From contig NC_043010.1 in assembly GCF_006345805.1 (NCBI RefSeq), positions 48,546,001 through 48,610,000 on the forward strand: a stretch of DNA of 64,000 nt, read 5' to 3'. This DNA comes from Octopus sinensis (lineage: Eukaryota). The first letter of the stretch is position 1. Every line of letters starts with the position of its first letter. Shown piece after piece: positions 11,808 to 26,514 of the stretch. A program made the translations under genes and the position numbers. The notes beneath the pieces are model-generated. The model did not search any database, had not been told where the DNA came from, and was given only the letters and a program-made list of their open reading frames with translations.

Positions 11808-12329
11808 TTCTCTTTCTCTCAGTCAGGCAGGCAGGCAGTGTTATATATATGTATAAAAAATATAAACTGGGACAAGAACGCAAAACATTTTGAAGACGAT
11901 ACAAAAAACACGGACGGGACATTCAAAGACTTCAATCTTCAGTCAAGAACTGGATCATCCTCACAATTTCGGCTGATTAATCTTGAGATTGCTCCAATCT
12001 GGCCAGCCCTAAGGAAAAATTAAGCTAAGCGCATTAGATTCCTTGGAAGAAAGCTTCGAATATATACGCAATAAGGACTGCAAAACAGACGATGTTACAC
12101 GGTTGGAGAAAGAAAATATAAATCTAGTGGTAATTATTAGAAAGTTTCAAAGTAAAGGGAAGATAATTTCAGCCAATCAAGTATCAGTTTCACAAAATAT
12201 ATTTATATATTTAGAACCAAATTTGATTTTGGTTTGCAGGCAGTAGGCTAACTATTGGTATATTTTGCTGTTATTAGACGTCATTAGCATAGCATTTTTA
12301 TATGTCTCATAATGTTTTTCTTTCAACAG

Positions 12330-12416
12330 CTTGATGAGAAAGGAAGGGTGAATTCATTAACTACAGTGTTAGGACAAGAAGTTGACCGATTCAATAAACT
12401 CCTTACAGTTATAAAG
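12330..12416 (+). CDS. DNAH6: DNAH6-like exon D ([29 protein letters not shown])
   Basis: Acceptor tttcaacag|12330, donor GTAACA at 12417. [19 protein letters not shown] is characteristic of DNAH6. 87 nt, phase 0-0. Confidence 0.95.
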
Positions 12417-12507
12417 GTAACAAGCTTTCATTTTCAGTATTTTTATATTAGTGCCTTCAACAGAACAAAATGTTCCTAATTAATTGATTTCATGAAAGAA
12501 AAAACTA

Positions 12508-13073
12508 TTGGGTTATCCGGAAAGTTCGTGCCAATTTATAGCAGCTTACCTTTTGACTTATTTTAGAAGATGGTTGAGTTCATAAAATAGGATTTGACTA
12601 CACCTCCATTTAGAGCACAGTTTAAGCTATCTTTTCGTAGAAGAAGGTTTATGTTCCTGTAACCTGTGTTAATTCTGTAACCCTTTAAAATGGAAGATAA
12701 GAAAGTTCATTTTCGGCACTTGATGTTTTGGGAACCAGACAAAAATTGCTGTAGCTTGGCTGGGATGTGTTACCACACCCTCCATGTCCACCAGATATTG
12801 CTCCTTCGGATTTCCACTTATTCAGGTCTCTGCAGAATAGTCTTAATGGTAAAAATTTCAATTCCATGGATGACGTAAAAAGATACCTTGATGAATTCTT
12901 TGCCATGAAACCACCTCAATTCTGGGAAGAGGGTATTTTCAAGTTAAAGGAAAGATGGAGATGCATTGTGCAACAAAATGGTTCATATTTGGTTGATTAA
13001 AAATCTAATGGCAAGTATTTATTGACCTTTTTCTTTCCTTTAAAAGTCAGCACAAACTTTCCGGACAACCCAA
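12508..13073 (+). mobile_element. Internally deleted mariner element with TIRs, TA TSD and transposase C-terminal remnant (12767-13000)
   Basis: TIR TTGGGTTATCCGGAAAGTTCGTGC / GCACAAACTTTCCGGACAACCCAA. ORF LPHPPCPPDIAPSDFHLFRSLQN is the mariner HPPYSPDLAPSDYHLF motif. Confidence 0.92.
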
Positions 13074-13354
13074 TATAATAAAACCATGTCTGCCTTCTCT
13101 TATCTTTTATGTTTTTCAGTCATTTAACTGTGGCCATGCTGGAGCACTGCTGTGAAGAATTTTAGTCAACTGAATCGACCCCAGTGCTTATTTTTTTTCT
13201 CTTTTCTTAAGCTTGATACTTATTCTATTGGTTTCTTTTGCTGAACTGTTAAGTTACGGCGATGTCACTTAACTGTAACCAATGCCAGTTGTCAAGGGTG
13301 ACAAGGGATGAACACAGACACAAAGACACACACACAAACACGCACACACACACA

Positions 13355-13385
<31 letters not shown>

Positions 13386-14170
13386 CATAAATATACTATC
13401 ATCATCATCATCATCATCATCATCACATAATTTAATGTCTGCCTTTCACACTGGATTGGTATTTTTCCATTAATCCTGAAAGGATGAAAGGCAAAGTTTA
13501 CCTCGGCAGGATTTGATCTTACAGTGTTAAGAATTGAAACAAACATCATGAAGTTTTCTATCCAACACTCTAATAGCCATAACAATTTATTGGTGTCTTT
13601 ATTAGACATTATTAGCACCAAATTAAGACAGCCACTCTTAAGCATCGTCAGCTGTAATCAATAAACAATAAATACATGGCTTGAGTTTCATCAGTGGGCT
13701 TATTATTCTTTTTTGCTTCAAATATCTAATATTATTTTCGTTAATATTTTAGCAGTTAACACGTTAGGGTTCATTTTGATCTGTCCAGAGCTGTTAAGCT
13801 AAATGTTAGTAATATCAACGTATGGTAATTAACATGTTGTCAACTCTAATGAAGATAATCTCTCAATCTGATTATTGCTTTATTATTGTTATTTTACTTT
13901 GCTGTCTGTCAAACTGTTGGAATATATAAAATATTGTCTGACTTAGTCTTAAAAGTAAAGCTTTGTTAGCAAAGTCTAAATACTTGTAAAATATTTAGCA
14001 GGAGTGGCTGTGTGGTAAATAGCTTGCTTACCAACCACATGGTTCTGGGTTCAGTCCCACTGCATGGCACCTTGGGCAAGTGTCTTCTACTATAGCCTTG
14101 GGCCAACCAAAGCCTTGTGAGTAGATTTGGTAGACGGAAACTGAAAGAAGCCCATTGTATATATGTGTAT

Positions 14171-14235
<65 letters not shown>

Positions 14236-15315
14236 ATATGTTTGTGTCTGTGTTTGTCCCCCCAACATCGCTTGACAACCGATGCTGGTGTGTTTGCATC
14301 CCTGTAACTTTACAGTTCGGCAAAAGCGACCAATAGAATAAGTACTAGGCTTACAAAAAATAAGTCCTGGGGTTGATTTGCTCGACTAAACGTGGTGCTT
14401 GGGCATGGCCACAGTCAAATGACTGAAACAAGTAAAAGAGTAAAAGGGTAAAGAGCGTATGCAGGTGTGGCTGTGTGGATAAGAAGCTTACTTCCCAACC
14501 ATGTCATCTTGGGTTCAAGTTCAGTCCCACTGAATAGCACCTTGGACAAGTTTCTTTTTTTTTACCATAATCCTGGTCCAGCCATAGTCTTGTGAATGGA
14601 TTGGTTGACAGAAACTGAAAGAAGCTTGTCATGAATCTTGCTTCCAAGCCACATGGTTCTGGATTCAATCCTACTTGTATGGCACTTCTGGCAAGTGTCT
14701 TCTGCTGTAGCCTCAGGCCAACCAAAGCCTTGTAAGTGCATCTGATAGACAGAAACTGAAAGAAGCCTATTGTATATCTGTGTATGTGTGTGTCTGGGTA
14801 TCTTTATATCTGTGTGTGTGTGTGTCTGTGTATCTTTATATCTGTGTTTGTTCCCTGCCACTGATTGACAACTGGTGTTGGTGTGTTTATGTCCCTGTAA
14901 CTTAGTGGTTCAGCAAAAGGCTGTTTCAGTCATTTGACTGTGGCCTTGCTGGAGCACCGCCTTTAGCCAAGCAAATCGACCCCCAGGACTTATTCTTTGT
15001 AAGCCTAGTACTTATTCTATCGATCTCTTTTGCCGAACTGCAAAGTTACGGAGACGTAAGCACACTAGCATCGGTTGTCGAGCGATGTTGGGGGGGGAGG
15101 GGGACAAACACAGACACACAAACACACAAACATGCACATACATGCATACATATATATATATATTCATTCTCTCTTACCTGTTTGTGTCTGCCTTCCAAAT
15201 GCTGTTTTTACTGAGATCTCCCTTTTTAGTAGAAGAAATAGCTATAACCCTTTGACTGCTATTTCTAAATTCGGTATGTGGTAAGGCAATTCGTTGCTAA
15301 ACCCTTATTGCTTAG

Positions 15316-15347
<32 letters not shown>

Positions 15348-16439
15348 TATAAACGACAGGCTTCTTTCAGTTGCCATCTACCAAATCCACTCACAAGGCT
15401 TTGGTCAGCCCAAGGCTACAGTAGAAGACACTTGCCCAAGGTGCCATGCAGTGGGACTGAACTTGGAACCATGTGGTTGGTAAGCAAGCTTCTTACCACA
15501 CAGCCACTCCTACGCCTTTATTACATTTATTTACTTGATGTAAATGTATTTTATCTTTTAATAAGTGATTTCCTAATAGAACTTTATGTTTGAAATTAAT
15601 TGCTAAATCAAACGATAAACAATATTTTCTAAACAAAATATTGATTGTTTTTATTAAAAAGTTTTGTTTTTTTATTGTCTTTTTATATGTTTGTTCTAAA
15701 CAATCCAAGTTTACAAGCTAACTGTTAAAAGCTCTTGCATTTTAAAATTTTATTACATTTATATTCTATTATTTAATAACTATAATTTAGTGTCCCAGGT
15801 GGTGAGCTGGCAGAGCTGTTTGCACACCAGGCAAAATGCTTAGCAGTATTTCATCTGTCTTTGTGTTCTGAGTTCAAATTCTGCCAAGGTCAACTTTACC
15901 TTTTGTACCAGTTGAGTACTGGCATCAATGTAATCAACTATAATCATCAATTATTAAAAGATAAAATACATCACCCTTCCCCTGAAATTGCTGGCCTTGT
16001 GCCAAAATTTGAAATCACTAATTTAGTCACCCAGGCAGTAAGCTGGCAGGACTGTTAGCATACTGGGCAAAATGTTTAGTGGCATTTTATCTCTCTTTAT
16101 GTTCTGAGTTCAAATTCTGCGAAGTTGACTTTGTCTTCCATCCTTTCAGGGTTGATAAAATAAGTACCAGTCAAGCACTGGGGTTGATGTAATTCACTAG
16201 CACTCCCATCTGAACTTGATAGCCTTGTGTCAAAATTTGAAAACAATAATTTAGAGAGAAGTGAGTTAGTTGTGTTTGAATGGAGGTGGTACTGTCTCAC
16301 ATAACGAATTTTTATTAAGCTTGTCTGCTAATTGCAACATCAGGTATTTTTAATTGCTGTTTTACTATATCAGTAGTGGTTGACTTTGTCTTACCGGGCA
16401 GTTGCTAGAGAATACTGACGACTGAAGAAGTTCAGACAG

Positions 16440-16825
16440 GTAGAAAGAAAGAAAGAGAGAAAAGTAGATAGATAGAAAGGTAGGTAGGTATGTAGGTAGG
16501 GAGGTAGGGAGGTAGGTAGGGAGGTAAGGAGGGAGGGGGAGGAAGGTAGGTAGGGAGGGAGGGAGGAAGGTAGGCAGGTAGGTAGGTAAGGAGGGAGGTA
16601 GGTAGGTAGGTAAATTGATAGATAGATAGATAAATGCATAGATATGTTTCTTTATTAGCCACACAGAGTTGAACACAGAGGGGACAAATTACAAAGTAGA
16701 GCTTTATTGAATGCATAGATAGATAGATAAATAGATACATAGTTAAAAAGATAGATAGACAGATAAATAGATAGATAATTTGATAGATAGATATATCGCT
16801 AGATAAATGCATAGATAGATAAATT

Positions 16826-16894
<69 letters not shown>

Positions 16895-16895
16895 A
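16440..16895. repeat. Compound (GGTA/GGGA)n and (GATA)n tetranucleotide repeat
   Basis: Read directly from the sequence. Confidence 0.9.
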
Positions 16896-17364
16896 CAGGA
16901 ATATCAGCAAATTGTATTCTTCATCAAGGTCGCAAGAGCTCATTATATAGAGGTAATGGAATCCTCATTACTTCCTGACCTCATGCATATTTTAGGGAAT
17001 TGCATTTCAAATTAATCCTAACTATTCTATTTCACTATGTTGTTGTTGTTTGGCCACAGGTGAAGTCCGATTGAGTATGCCTACCTATGATCAGAGGCAT
17101 TCCAAATGTAGCCATCACTTTGCATAGTGACTTGTAAGACTACTTCATCGAATGTGTCCTTTCCTTGTTTAAGATATTTGGATGTGATTGAGGGAATATG
17201 GCTGCTACTTCCTTGCAGTTTCCTCTAAGATCGATGGGGATGAAGAATCGATGATATGTGTTGGTAGTGATGCACACCATGGATTATTAGGTTTTGTGGG
17301 ATGGACTTTGGGAAAAAATTAATCTCCTAGCAGTATCATGTGATAAAAACCTGATCAGTAAACA

Positions 17365-17625
17365 TTTACACCATCATCATCATCATCATCATCATTGTCA
17401 TCACCATGACCACCACTATCATTATCATCACTGCGACCACCCCCACTATCGTCATCAGCATGATCATCACCATAACCATGACCACCATCATTATCATTAT
17501 CACTGTTACCAACACAACCACCATCATCACCATGACCACCACCATCATCATTATTGTCATCATCATCATTACCATCATCACTCCTCCCCCCACCACCACC
17601 ACCGTCACCATCATCCTCCATCGTT
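17365..17625. repeat. Degenerate (CAT/CAC)n trinucleotide repeat
   Basis: Read directly; forms the expanded tail of a minus-strand family 4 SINE. Confidence 0.85.
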
Positions 17626-18286
17626 TAACATCAGTCTGGGTCTGGTTCATCATCATTATCATCATCGTTTAACATCCGTTTTCCATGCTATCATGGGTTG
17701 GATAGTTCGACTGGGGTCTTGAAAGCCAGGAGGCTGCACTAGGCTCCAGTCTAGTCTTGCAGTGTTTCTACAGCTGGATGCCTTTCCTAACACCAACCAC
17801 TTCGTGAATGTAGTGGGTGCTTTTTACATGCCACCGGTTGTTTAACAAAATCCAATGCATACCAGAGAACTGCATTGAATCCCCATGTTGGTTTTTAGCC
17901 TGGTTTCTATGGCTGGATGCTCTTCCTAACACCAACCGTTTTACTGAGTGCACTGCATGTATCTTCATGTCACTGCCATTAAGGAGTTCACCAAGTAGCC
18001 GCTCAACTGACCGGGAAACCCCAGAAATGAGATTATTTAAGAAATTAATATTTTGATATGTTGACTTAGATATATTCACTATCATTGGCTCATTCATCTT
18101 TTATGTTTTAATTTTTACTTGTTTGAATCATTAGACTGTGGCCTTGCTGGAGCACTGTCTTGAAACAAAGTCTAGTACTTATTCTATTAGTGACTTTTGC
18201 TGAATTGCTAAGTTGCGGGGATACAGGGAATATAAACACACCAACATCGGTTGTCAAGCAGTGGTGGTGCAAATACTAACACAAAG

Positions 18287-18324
<38 letters not shown>

Positions 18325-19272
18325 ATATACAGTAGGCTTCTTTCAGTTTCCATTTACTAAATCCACTCACAAAGCTCTGGTCAAGCCAAGGCTATAATAA
18401 AAGATACTTACCCAATGTTCTACAGAGAGGGACTGAACCTGGAACCATGTGGTTGGGAACCAAGCTTCTTACCACCTACAATATCATCATCATCATAATT
18501 TTAACGTCCACTCTTTCATGCTTAAATGTGCTGGATGGAATTTGTTGAGGTGGATTTTCTATGGCTGGATGCCCTTCTGTTCACCAACCTTCACCTGTTT
18601 CCAAGTAAGGTAATATTTACCAATGATTAGACGTGTTTTCCTAACTGAATGGAAATGAAGGATGCTGTTTGCATGATGGTGATATTCGTTTACAACTATC
18701 ACATGATGCCAAGGCAGGGAGAAGGTAATACACACACATGTACACTCACTTACACACTCTCTCACACACACACACACATGACAGGCATCTTTTCAATTTC
18801 CATCTTCTACCAAGCCCACTCACAAGACTTTGGTCAGCCTGGTACATTAGTAAAATAAAGATACTTACTCAAGGTGCCATGCAGTGGGATTGAACCCAGA
18901 ACCATGGGATTGGAAAGTAAACTTCTTACTACACAGCCATAAGAAATTTTCTTAGTGGCAATGTCATTGCCAGGTATGTGTTGATATATAGTTTTGTCAA
19001 CCATCAACTGTGAAGAGTACTATTAACGTCCCTTCTTATTATTAGTAACAATATATTAGTGAAATAATGATAGTATATTTCACTGTTATTATGTAATTAA
19101 CTCTCAATTTCTAGCTGATGAGCTCTTGATGAAGATTACTAATTTATCGATACTGCAGTGAATCCTAAAAGAGACATTAGTGTTATTCATGTTTATATTG
19201 GTTAATTACATCAGAAGGTCTGTTGTTTGGATTTATCATTGACTAACTGCAATTACTTGGTATTGCTTATGT

Positions 19273-19492
19273 CAGTGCTTTTCAACATTTTTGCTGGAGC
19301 GGAACCCCAGGGAAACATTCCACTGGCTCGAGGAACCCCTGTGCAATAATTCAATAGTCTTATGCACACATATCAGCACAGGAGAATTAAAAATTACAGC
19401 CGATTTTAGCAGTTTTGTAACTTCTTGCGGAATCCCTGGACTGTACTGGCGGAACCCTAAGTTTCCGCGAAACCCTGGTTGAGAATCCCCGG
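19273..19492. mobile_element. hAT-type MITE (~220 bp) with 8-bp TSD
   Basis: TIR CAGTGCTTTTCAAC ... GTTGAGAATCCCCG; flanks gcttatgt / acttatgt (7/8 match). Confidence 0.7.
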
Positions 19493-19767
19493 ACTTATGT
19501 TCATACATATCATAACCATATCACATTAGTGATTATAATGTATTTTGCTGCTGCTTTCCCTCCTGCCAACCATTCTTTCCATGTTTAGACTGATTATTTT
19601 AAGAGGTTGACCGTAACATTTCTTAATAAGACATAATTGAATAAAGGAACAATGCATCTCTACAATAATTGTTTTAAGGCAATTTTCCACATGGTGGTAA
19701 AGTGAACTTCTAAACTCCACGGCCATACCTGTACTTATATATAGGAATTTAAAGGCCTGTTTCTATT

Positions 19768-20164
19768 TCTCTTTTACTTGTTTCAGTCATTTGACTGCGG
19801 CCATGCTGGAGCACCGCCTTTAATCGAGCAACTCGACCCCGGGACTTATTCTTTGTAAGCCCAGTACTTATTCTATCGGTCTCTTTTTTGCCGAACCGCT
19901 AAGTGACGGGGACGTAAACACACCAGCATCGGTTGTCAAGCGATGCTAGGGGGTCAAACACAGACACACAAACACACACATATATATATATACATATATA
20001 CGACAGGCTTCTTTCAGTTTCCGTCTACCAAATCCACTCACAAGGCATTGGTCGGCCCGGGGCTATAGCAGAAGACACTTGCCCAAGATGCCACGCAGTG
20101 GGACTGAACCCGGAACCATGTGGTTGGTTAGCAAGCTACTTACCACACAGCCACTCCTGCGCCT
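19768..20164 (-). mobile_element. SINE family 1, near-consensus (young) copy
   Basis: CpGs retained; full head to tail. Confidence 0.9.
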
Positions 20165-20914
20165 ATGTTGTATTTATATTGTTTTATTCCTGTGCTATTT
20201 GATTTTGTAATGTCATATTTTAGTCCAGAAATATTGAAATCTGTTATTTGCATACTCAGCAAATATAGCTATTTTCTTTTTTTGTATGTGTGTGTGTGTT
20301 GCTTTGTGGGGTTTTATCTATTTTCTTTTTGTGTTTTGCAACTTGATCTAGAACAGAATTAGTATCTTTAATCCAAATGAATGAGATAGTAATAAATTCC
20401 TAGTCACTATGTTATCACAATAAAAATTATTAAAACCATTTCAAAGAAAATTAGATCTCTTAGGATTAAAATGTGAATGTATAAGTTGTATACAATGAAA
20501 GTGGAAAACTGAAACTTTATTTAACTTCTCTAATACTAAGTAAGGAGGTGGAACCAATGATGTATATATATATACACACACATACACACCTGCACATACA
20601 TGTATATATATATATATGTGTGTATGTATGTGTGTGTATGTGTTTCTATCTGCTTATATGTATCATCATCATCATCATTTAACGTCTGCCTTCCATGCTG
20701 GCATGGGCTGAATGGTTTGTCAGGAGCCAGTCAAACAGGAGACTATACCAGGTTCCAGTGTATATATGTATATATATATGTGTGTATATGTGTGTGTGTG
20801 TGTATATATAATATATAATATATATATGTATATATATGTATGCATATATATGATATATAATATATATATAATGTATAATATATATAATATATAATATAAT
20901 ATATATATGTATAT

Positions 20915-21645
20915 ATCATCATCATCATCATCATTTAGCGTCCGTTTTCCATGCTAGCATGGGTTGGACGGTTCAACTGGGGTCTGGGGAGCCCGAAGGC
21001 TGCACCAGGCCAGTCAGATCTGGCAGTGTTTCTACAGCTGGATGCCCTTCCTAACGCCAACCACTCCGAGAGTGTAGTGGGTGATTTTATGTGCCACCGA
21101 CACAGGTGCCAGACGAGGCTGGCGAACGGCCACGCTCGGATGGTGTTTTTATGTGCCACCGACACAGGTGCCAGACGAGGCTGGCAGACGGCCACGCTCG
21201 GATGGTGTTTTTATGTGCCACCGACACAGGTGCCAGATGAGGCTGGCGGACGGCCACGATCGGATGGTGTTTGTTACGTCCCCAAAGCACGGAGGCCAGT
21301 CTATGCGGTACTGGCTACGGCCACGTTCGGATGATTTTCTTGTGTGCCACCGGCACTGGTACCACAAAGATACAAATTCCATTGATGTTCATCTATTTTG
21401 ATTTGTTTTGATTTGATTTGATTTTCACTTGCCTCAACAGGTCTTCACAAGTGTCACAAGAAGGAAGGTATGCACAGGTGGACTGACTACGTCCCAGGTA
21501 GGGGCCACGGGTTATGGCCTGACTAGTCTTGCCGGGTCTTCGGATGGTGTTTTTATGTGCCACCGACACAGGTGCCAGATGAGGCTGGCGAACGGCCACG
21601 ATCGGATGGTGTTTGTTGCGTGCCCACAGCACGGAGGCCAGTCGA
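20915..21645 (-). mobile_element. SINE family 4 (RTE-type tail ...CCAACCCATGCTAGCATGGAAAACGGACGCTAAA(TGA)n) with 62-bp VNTR, interrupted by an RTE 3' fragment (~21395-21540)
   Basis: Core CTGGATGCCCTTCCTAACGCCAACCAC. Other copies ~17630-18000, 18480-18720, 20660-20760, 35030-35250, 36470-36900, 37420-37700 (-) and 39200-39350 (+). Confidence 0.75.
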
Positions 21646-21652
21646 TGCCTCC

Positions 21653-21699
<47 letters not shown>

Positions 21700-21701
21700 C
21701 A

Positions 21702-21733
<32 letters not shown>

Positions 21734-21803
21734 GATATATTATATATTATATATTATATTAGTATGTATGTATTTATATACACACACACATATATATATA
21801 CAT

Positions 21804-21840
<37 letters not shown>

Positions 21841-21863
21841 CACACAGATATATATATTATTTT

Positions 21864-21931
<68 letters not shown>

Positions 21932-24409
21932 ATGCTGGTTTCTCTGCTGGGTTTGGCACTTATAAACAGTTTCCCTAAAATACCCTAGAGATTCATTAGT
22001 GACCATCATGCAAAAACTGCTAATCAAAAATTTGAAATTGATTTCAGCTTTTATCAATTGACATCCTAACCAGCTGATTTTTATTAATGAGTGCAAGAGT
22101 CTTTTCCACCAATCAGACACTTTGCTAATTGATAGTTTTCGGAGTCTTGACAGAGCCCTGTTATATGAATTATTTCATTTAAGCAGCATTTCATGTGCTT
22201 CTTTCACTGAGCTTCACTAAAGGTATTATATTATTTTAATAATGATTTACCTCAGTGTATAGAAATAACAATCATCATCATCATCGTTTAACGTCCGCTT
22301 TCCATGCTATTTTAAAGAATTAGCTGGTTGAATAGTTATTGTTTACATTGACACAGCCAATCTGTTGGGTATTCACCTTTTTGTGTTGGTGTGATTCCTG
22401 TGAGGCTTCTACATTATATGTAATGAATTTCAACTTGTGCATTATCAGGTCAGTTTAATTCCAAAAGAGTTTTGCGATTCACAGATTTTTTTTTTGCTTT
22501 TTCTTGTAATTGCTTGTGTTTAGTCTTTTTGTTGCTAAATGAGATATTGTAAGCAAATATCTGTAAAAAGTAGATTTGTTAAATTTTGGGTCTTCAGTTT
22601 TATTTCATTATTATTATTATTATTATTTTTGTTTTGCATTTTTGTTCAATGTTATATTTAATTTTAATCTCTAAATTTGGTTTTGTTATTTAGCAATGCC
22701 TTTATAATGCCACAAATTTCTGTTCATATTTCAGTCTCTGTATTGCTAGGTTACAAAGTCAGATACTAGAATTATTTACTGAGCTGTGTGTGTGTGTGTG
22801 TGTGTGTGTGCATGTGTGTATGCATGCACGTGTGTGTGTGTGCATACATGCATGCATGTGTATGTGCAAGTGTGTGTGTGCAGATTTTCTTTCAGACATT
22901 ACACAGGAGATTCAGCTGTCATAATTTCATTCTCAAAAACAAAAGCAAATTGTTAAGGTATCGGTCACTCTCTGCCAGGTGAGCTGGCTGAAATGTTAGC
23001 ATGCCAGGCAAAATGCTTAGCAGTATTTCGTCTGCTGCTATGTTCTGAGTTCAAATTCCGCCGAGGTTGACTTTGCCTTTCATCCTTTCGGGGTCGATTA
23101 AATAAGTACCAGTTATGCACTGGGGTCGATATAATCGACTTAATCCCTTTGTCTGTCCTTGTTTGTTCCCTCTGTGTTTAGCCCCTTGTGGGTAGTAAAG
23201 AAATAGGTTTATGGCCAAGCCTGTGGCAGTTGAGACCTCCAGCATTCTTGGTTCCTTCTTCCCCACCTAACCATAACCCTAGCCCCATGAATCAGAGTGG
23301 CTGTTCCAGCACACCTCCTTCACTATCCTTCATGTCTTTTCCATTTTGTCTGCTGGTGCCATTAGAAATGCTTTTTTATTGTGAGAGGCAAGATTCCCCA
23401 TTAATCCTTCTCTTTTGACTTATGTCTCTGCTCATTCTGTGAGGGTTATGAATCATTCATGAATTTAGTGATATCATTAACCAAAATTGTATGTGAAAGG
23501 ACTAATAAGGCAATTTGAAACCGTTTCATATGCTATCCTTGTCTACAAATGTCTTCCTTAATATGATTTAGAAACTGATTTCTCCAAACCTAATAAGATA
23601 TTCTTTCCAGGCGTCTTTAAGATATTTTACTGTTTGCATAATGTAGATTTATTTTACTCCTTTTAGTCATCGAACTGCAGTCATCCTGGAGTACCATCTT
23701 GAACGGTTTGGTATTCTGTTTTTAAGAAAAGAAAAAAAAAAGAAAGAAGAAACATCTTAAATAAATACACAAACAGTCCAAAAACAACAGATAGATAGAT
23801 ATATAAGATACAATTGCATTCAAGTTGAACTTTTTAGCACTTAAACAGGCCATATCCAGCCTGAATATTCTACCTGTTTTATGTTCAAACTGGCCAGATT
23901 CGACCTTTCACACTTACCCTACAATGTCATTTTAAAATAAATGATCACTTTATTGAACTATAGTAAAGGTGCACATAGCTATGGAGTACTCAGCCAATCG
24001 TATGTTAATTTCATAAGCAGGCTGTATTATTGATCAGATCAACTGGAACATACATTGTTGTAATTTGCTGTAGTGCCAGTTAAGTGAAAATATATGTGTG
24101 TGTGTATGTGTGTGTGTGTGTGTGTGTGTGAGTACACAGATATATATGTATACATATATATATATATACATATATTTATATGTCTCAATGAATTCAGTCT
24201 GACCCATGTAAACCTAGAAAATGGGTGTTAAATTGAAGATGATGTTGATGTAGATATCTAATAACAGTTTGACTCAGATCCACATTACTGAGTATTGCAT
24301 CTACACCCACAAAACTTTGAGTAATGCAGGACTGAGTCAAACTCATATTAAATACATATAATTCCAAATAAATCTGTTAAGTGCTACTCTCTTTCACTTG
24401 TTCACTCAC

Positions 24410-24752
<343 letters not shown>

Positions 24753-26057
24753 CAGTAAGAGAGAGTGTTGGAATTTACAGAAAAACAAAAGGTGAAGACA
24801 GGTGTATAAGCAACAAACACATATATGTCTATATTATTTGTTGAACTGGTAGTATTTTCGTTTAAATATTACTATTCTAACCTATCACAGTGATCACCAA
24901 CCTAATGTAATCCACCGAAAGATGTGCCAGCCAGAGAACATCTAAGTGTTTGCTCCAACTGCTAGAAATAGCAACCAAATTACAGTTTCTTTCTGTCTAT
25001 CTTTGTCTTCCTGTCTTAAATCACACCCTTCTTCTCTAGAAAAATGAAGGGCATTATAGGATAACACAATTCTATCTGTACTATATATATGACTGTAAAA
25101 GATGGAATGGTCAAGGCTGGAATGCCTATGATCATAAATTTGCTCAGTTAAAGTTGTCCTGGGGTTAAACAAGACCAAAAGTTCAGGAGAAACTATGGTT
25201 TCTGTCTGTTTGCTTTTCTATCTGTCTGTCTGTGTGTTTCTTTCTCTCTGTCTCTCTCTTTCTCTCTCTGCATACTGAGAGATAAATAAATAAATAGACA
25301 GACAGACAGAGAGAAAGAGAAAAGAGAGTAACAATTTTTCTAGAAAGGAAAGTAACATACCTAAAATTAGCATTTAAACTGCCCATATCTGGCCCGAATA
25401 GTCTACCTGTTTTATTTTCAAGTTGGCCAGATTCAGCTTCTCACACCTACCCTACAATGCCATTCTAAAAATTTACACTCACATTATTGAAATCTGAAAG
25501 CTACAAGATAATTTGCATGGATGTATGGTAAGAAGCTTGCTTCCCAACCACATGGTTTTGAGTTCAGTCTCACTGCATGGCACCTTGGGCAAGTGTCTTT
25601 TACTATATGCCTCAGGCTGACCAAAGCCTTGTGAGTGGGTTTGGTAGACAGAAACTGAAAGAAGCCTGTTGAATATATATATATATATATATTTATTTAG
25701 GTATGTGTGTTTGTGTCTATGTTTGTCCCACCCCTCACCATCACTTGACAACCGATGGTGGTGTGTTTATGCCCCCTGTAACTTGGTGTTTCAGCAGAAG
25801 AATCAATAGAATGATAAATAATAATAATGAAATTATTGTATACAGTGCTCAGGAGCACCACAACTTGTCAAAGTACCAGGCTTACAAAGAATAAGTCCAG
25901 GGGTCGATTTCTGTCACTAAAAGGTGGTGCTCCAGCATGGCCACAGTCAAATGATGAAACAATGGTTAATTCAAAACGATGTGAATAAATAAGCATAACA
26001 TTTGACAAAGTAATCTGAATACTAAGGCATTAAACAGATTTCTTGCTAATTTAGTTA

Positions 26058-26514
26058 CCGTAAATCCTTGAGTATAATCTGTATTTTTTCCTCCAAATTT
26101 AAAGGTCAAAATCCCTAGTGCGTACTATATACGAGGTTAAAAAGGAAAAATATTTTCTAAGCAATGTCCAAGTCTCTGTTTGCTGTCCGGCAATGTTTAT
26201 TCTGACGCATTTTCTGATGTCGGGCGCGAAATTACCTTAAGCTAAGCCTGAAAGCAATGAAGTCATAAAAGAATCATCCATAACTTGCAGTAAGCAACAT
26301 TTATTAAAATAAAAGTATTCAGAACATGTAACAAAAACAATTTGCAAACATATTTACATTCCCATATAACAGTTAAGAACATCACCATTATTGTATTACG
26401 CAAGTGCAGAAGTGTTTGTTTGATTAGGTGCTGCTGGCTTAATTATGCACGACTCAAGTAGAGAAGGGGGGGGCGTATTATACTCAAGGGTGGACTATAC
26501 TTGAAGATTTACGG
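26058..26514 (-). mobile_element. Pogo-like MITE, second copy (inverted relative to 9727-10238)
   Basis: ta|CCGTAAATCCTTGAGTATA ... TATACTTGAAGATTTACGG|ta; interior matches the reverse complement of copy 1. Confidence 0.8.

Noticed and set aside
17294-17722. His-rich or Asp/Gly-rich proteins
   Set aside because: Translations of a (CAT/CAC)n repeat at a SINE tail; no splice or homology support.
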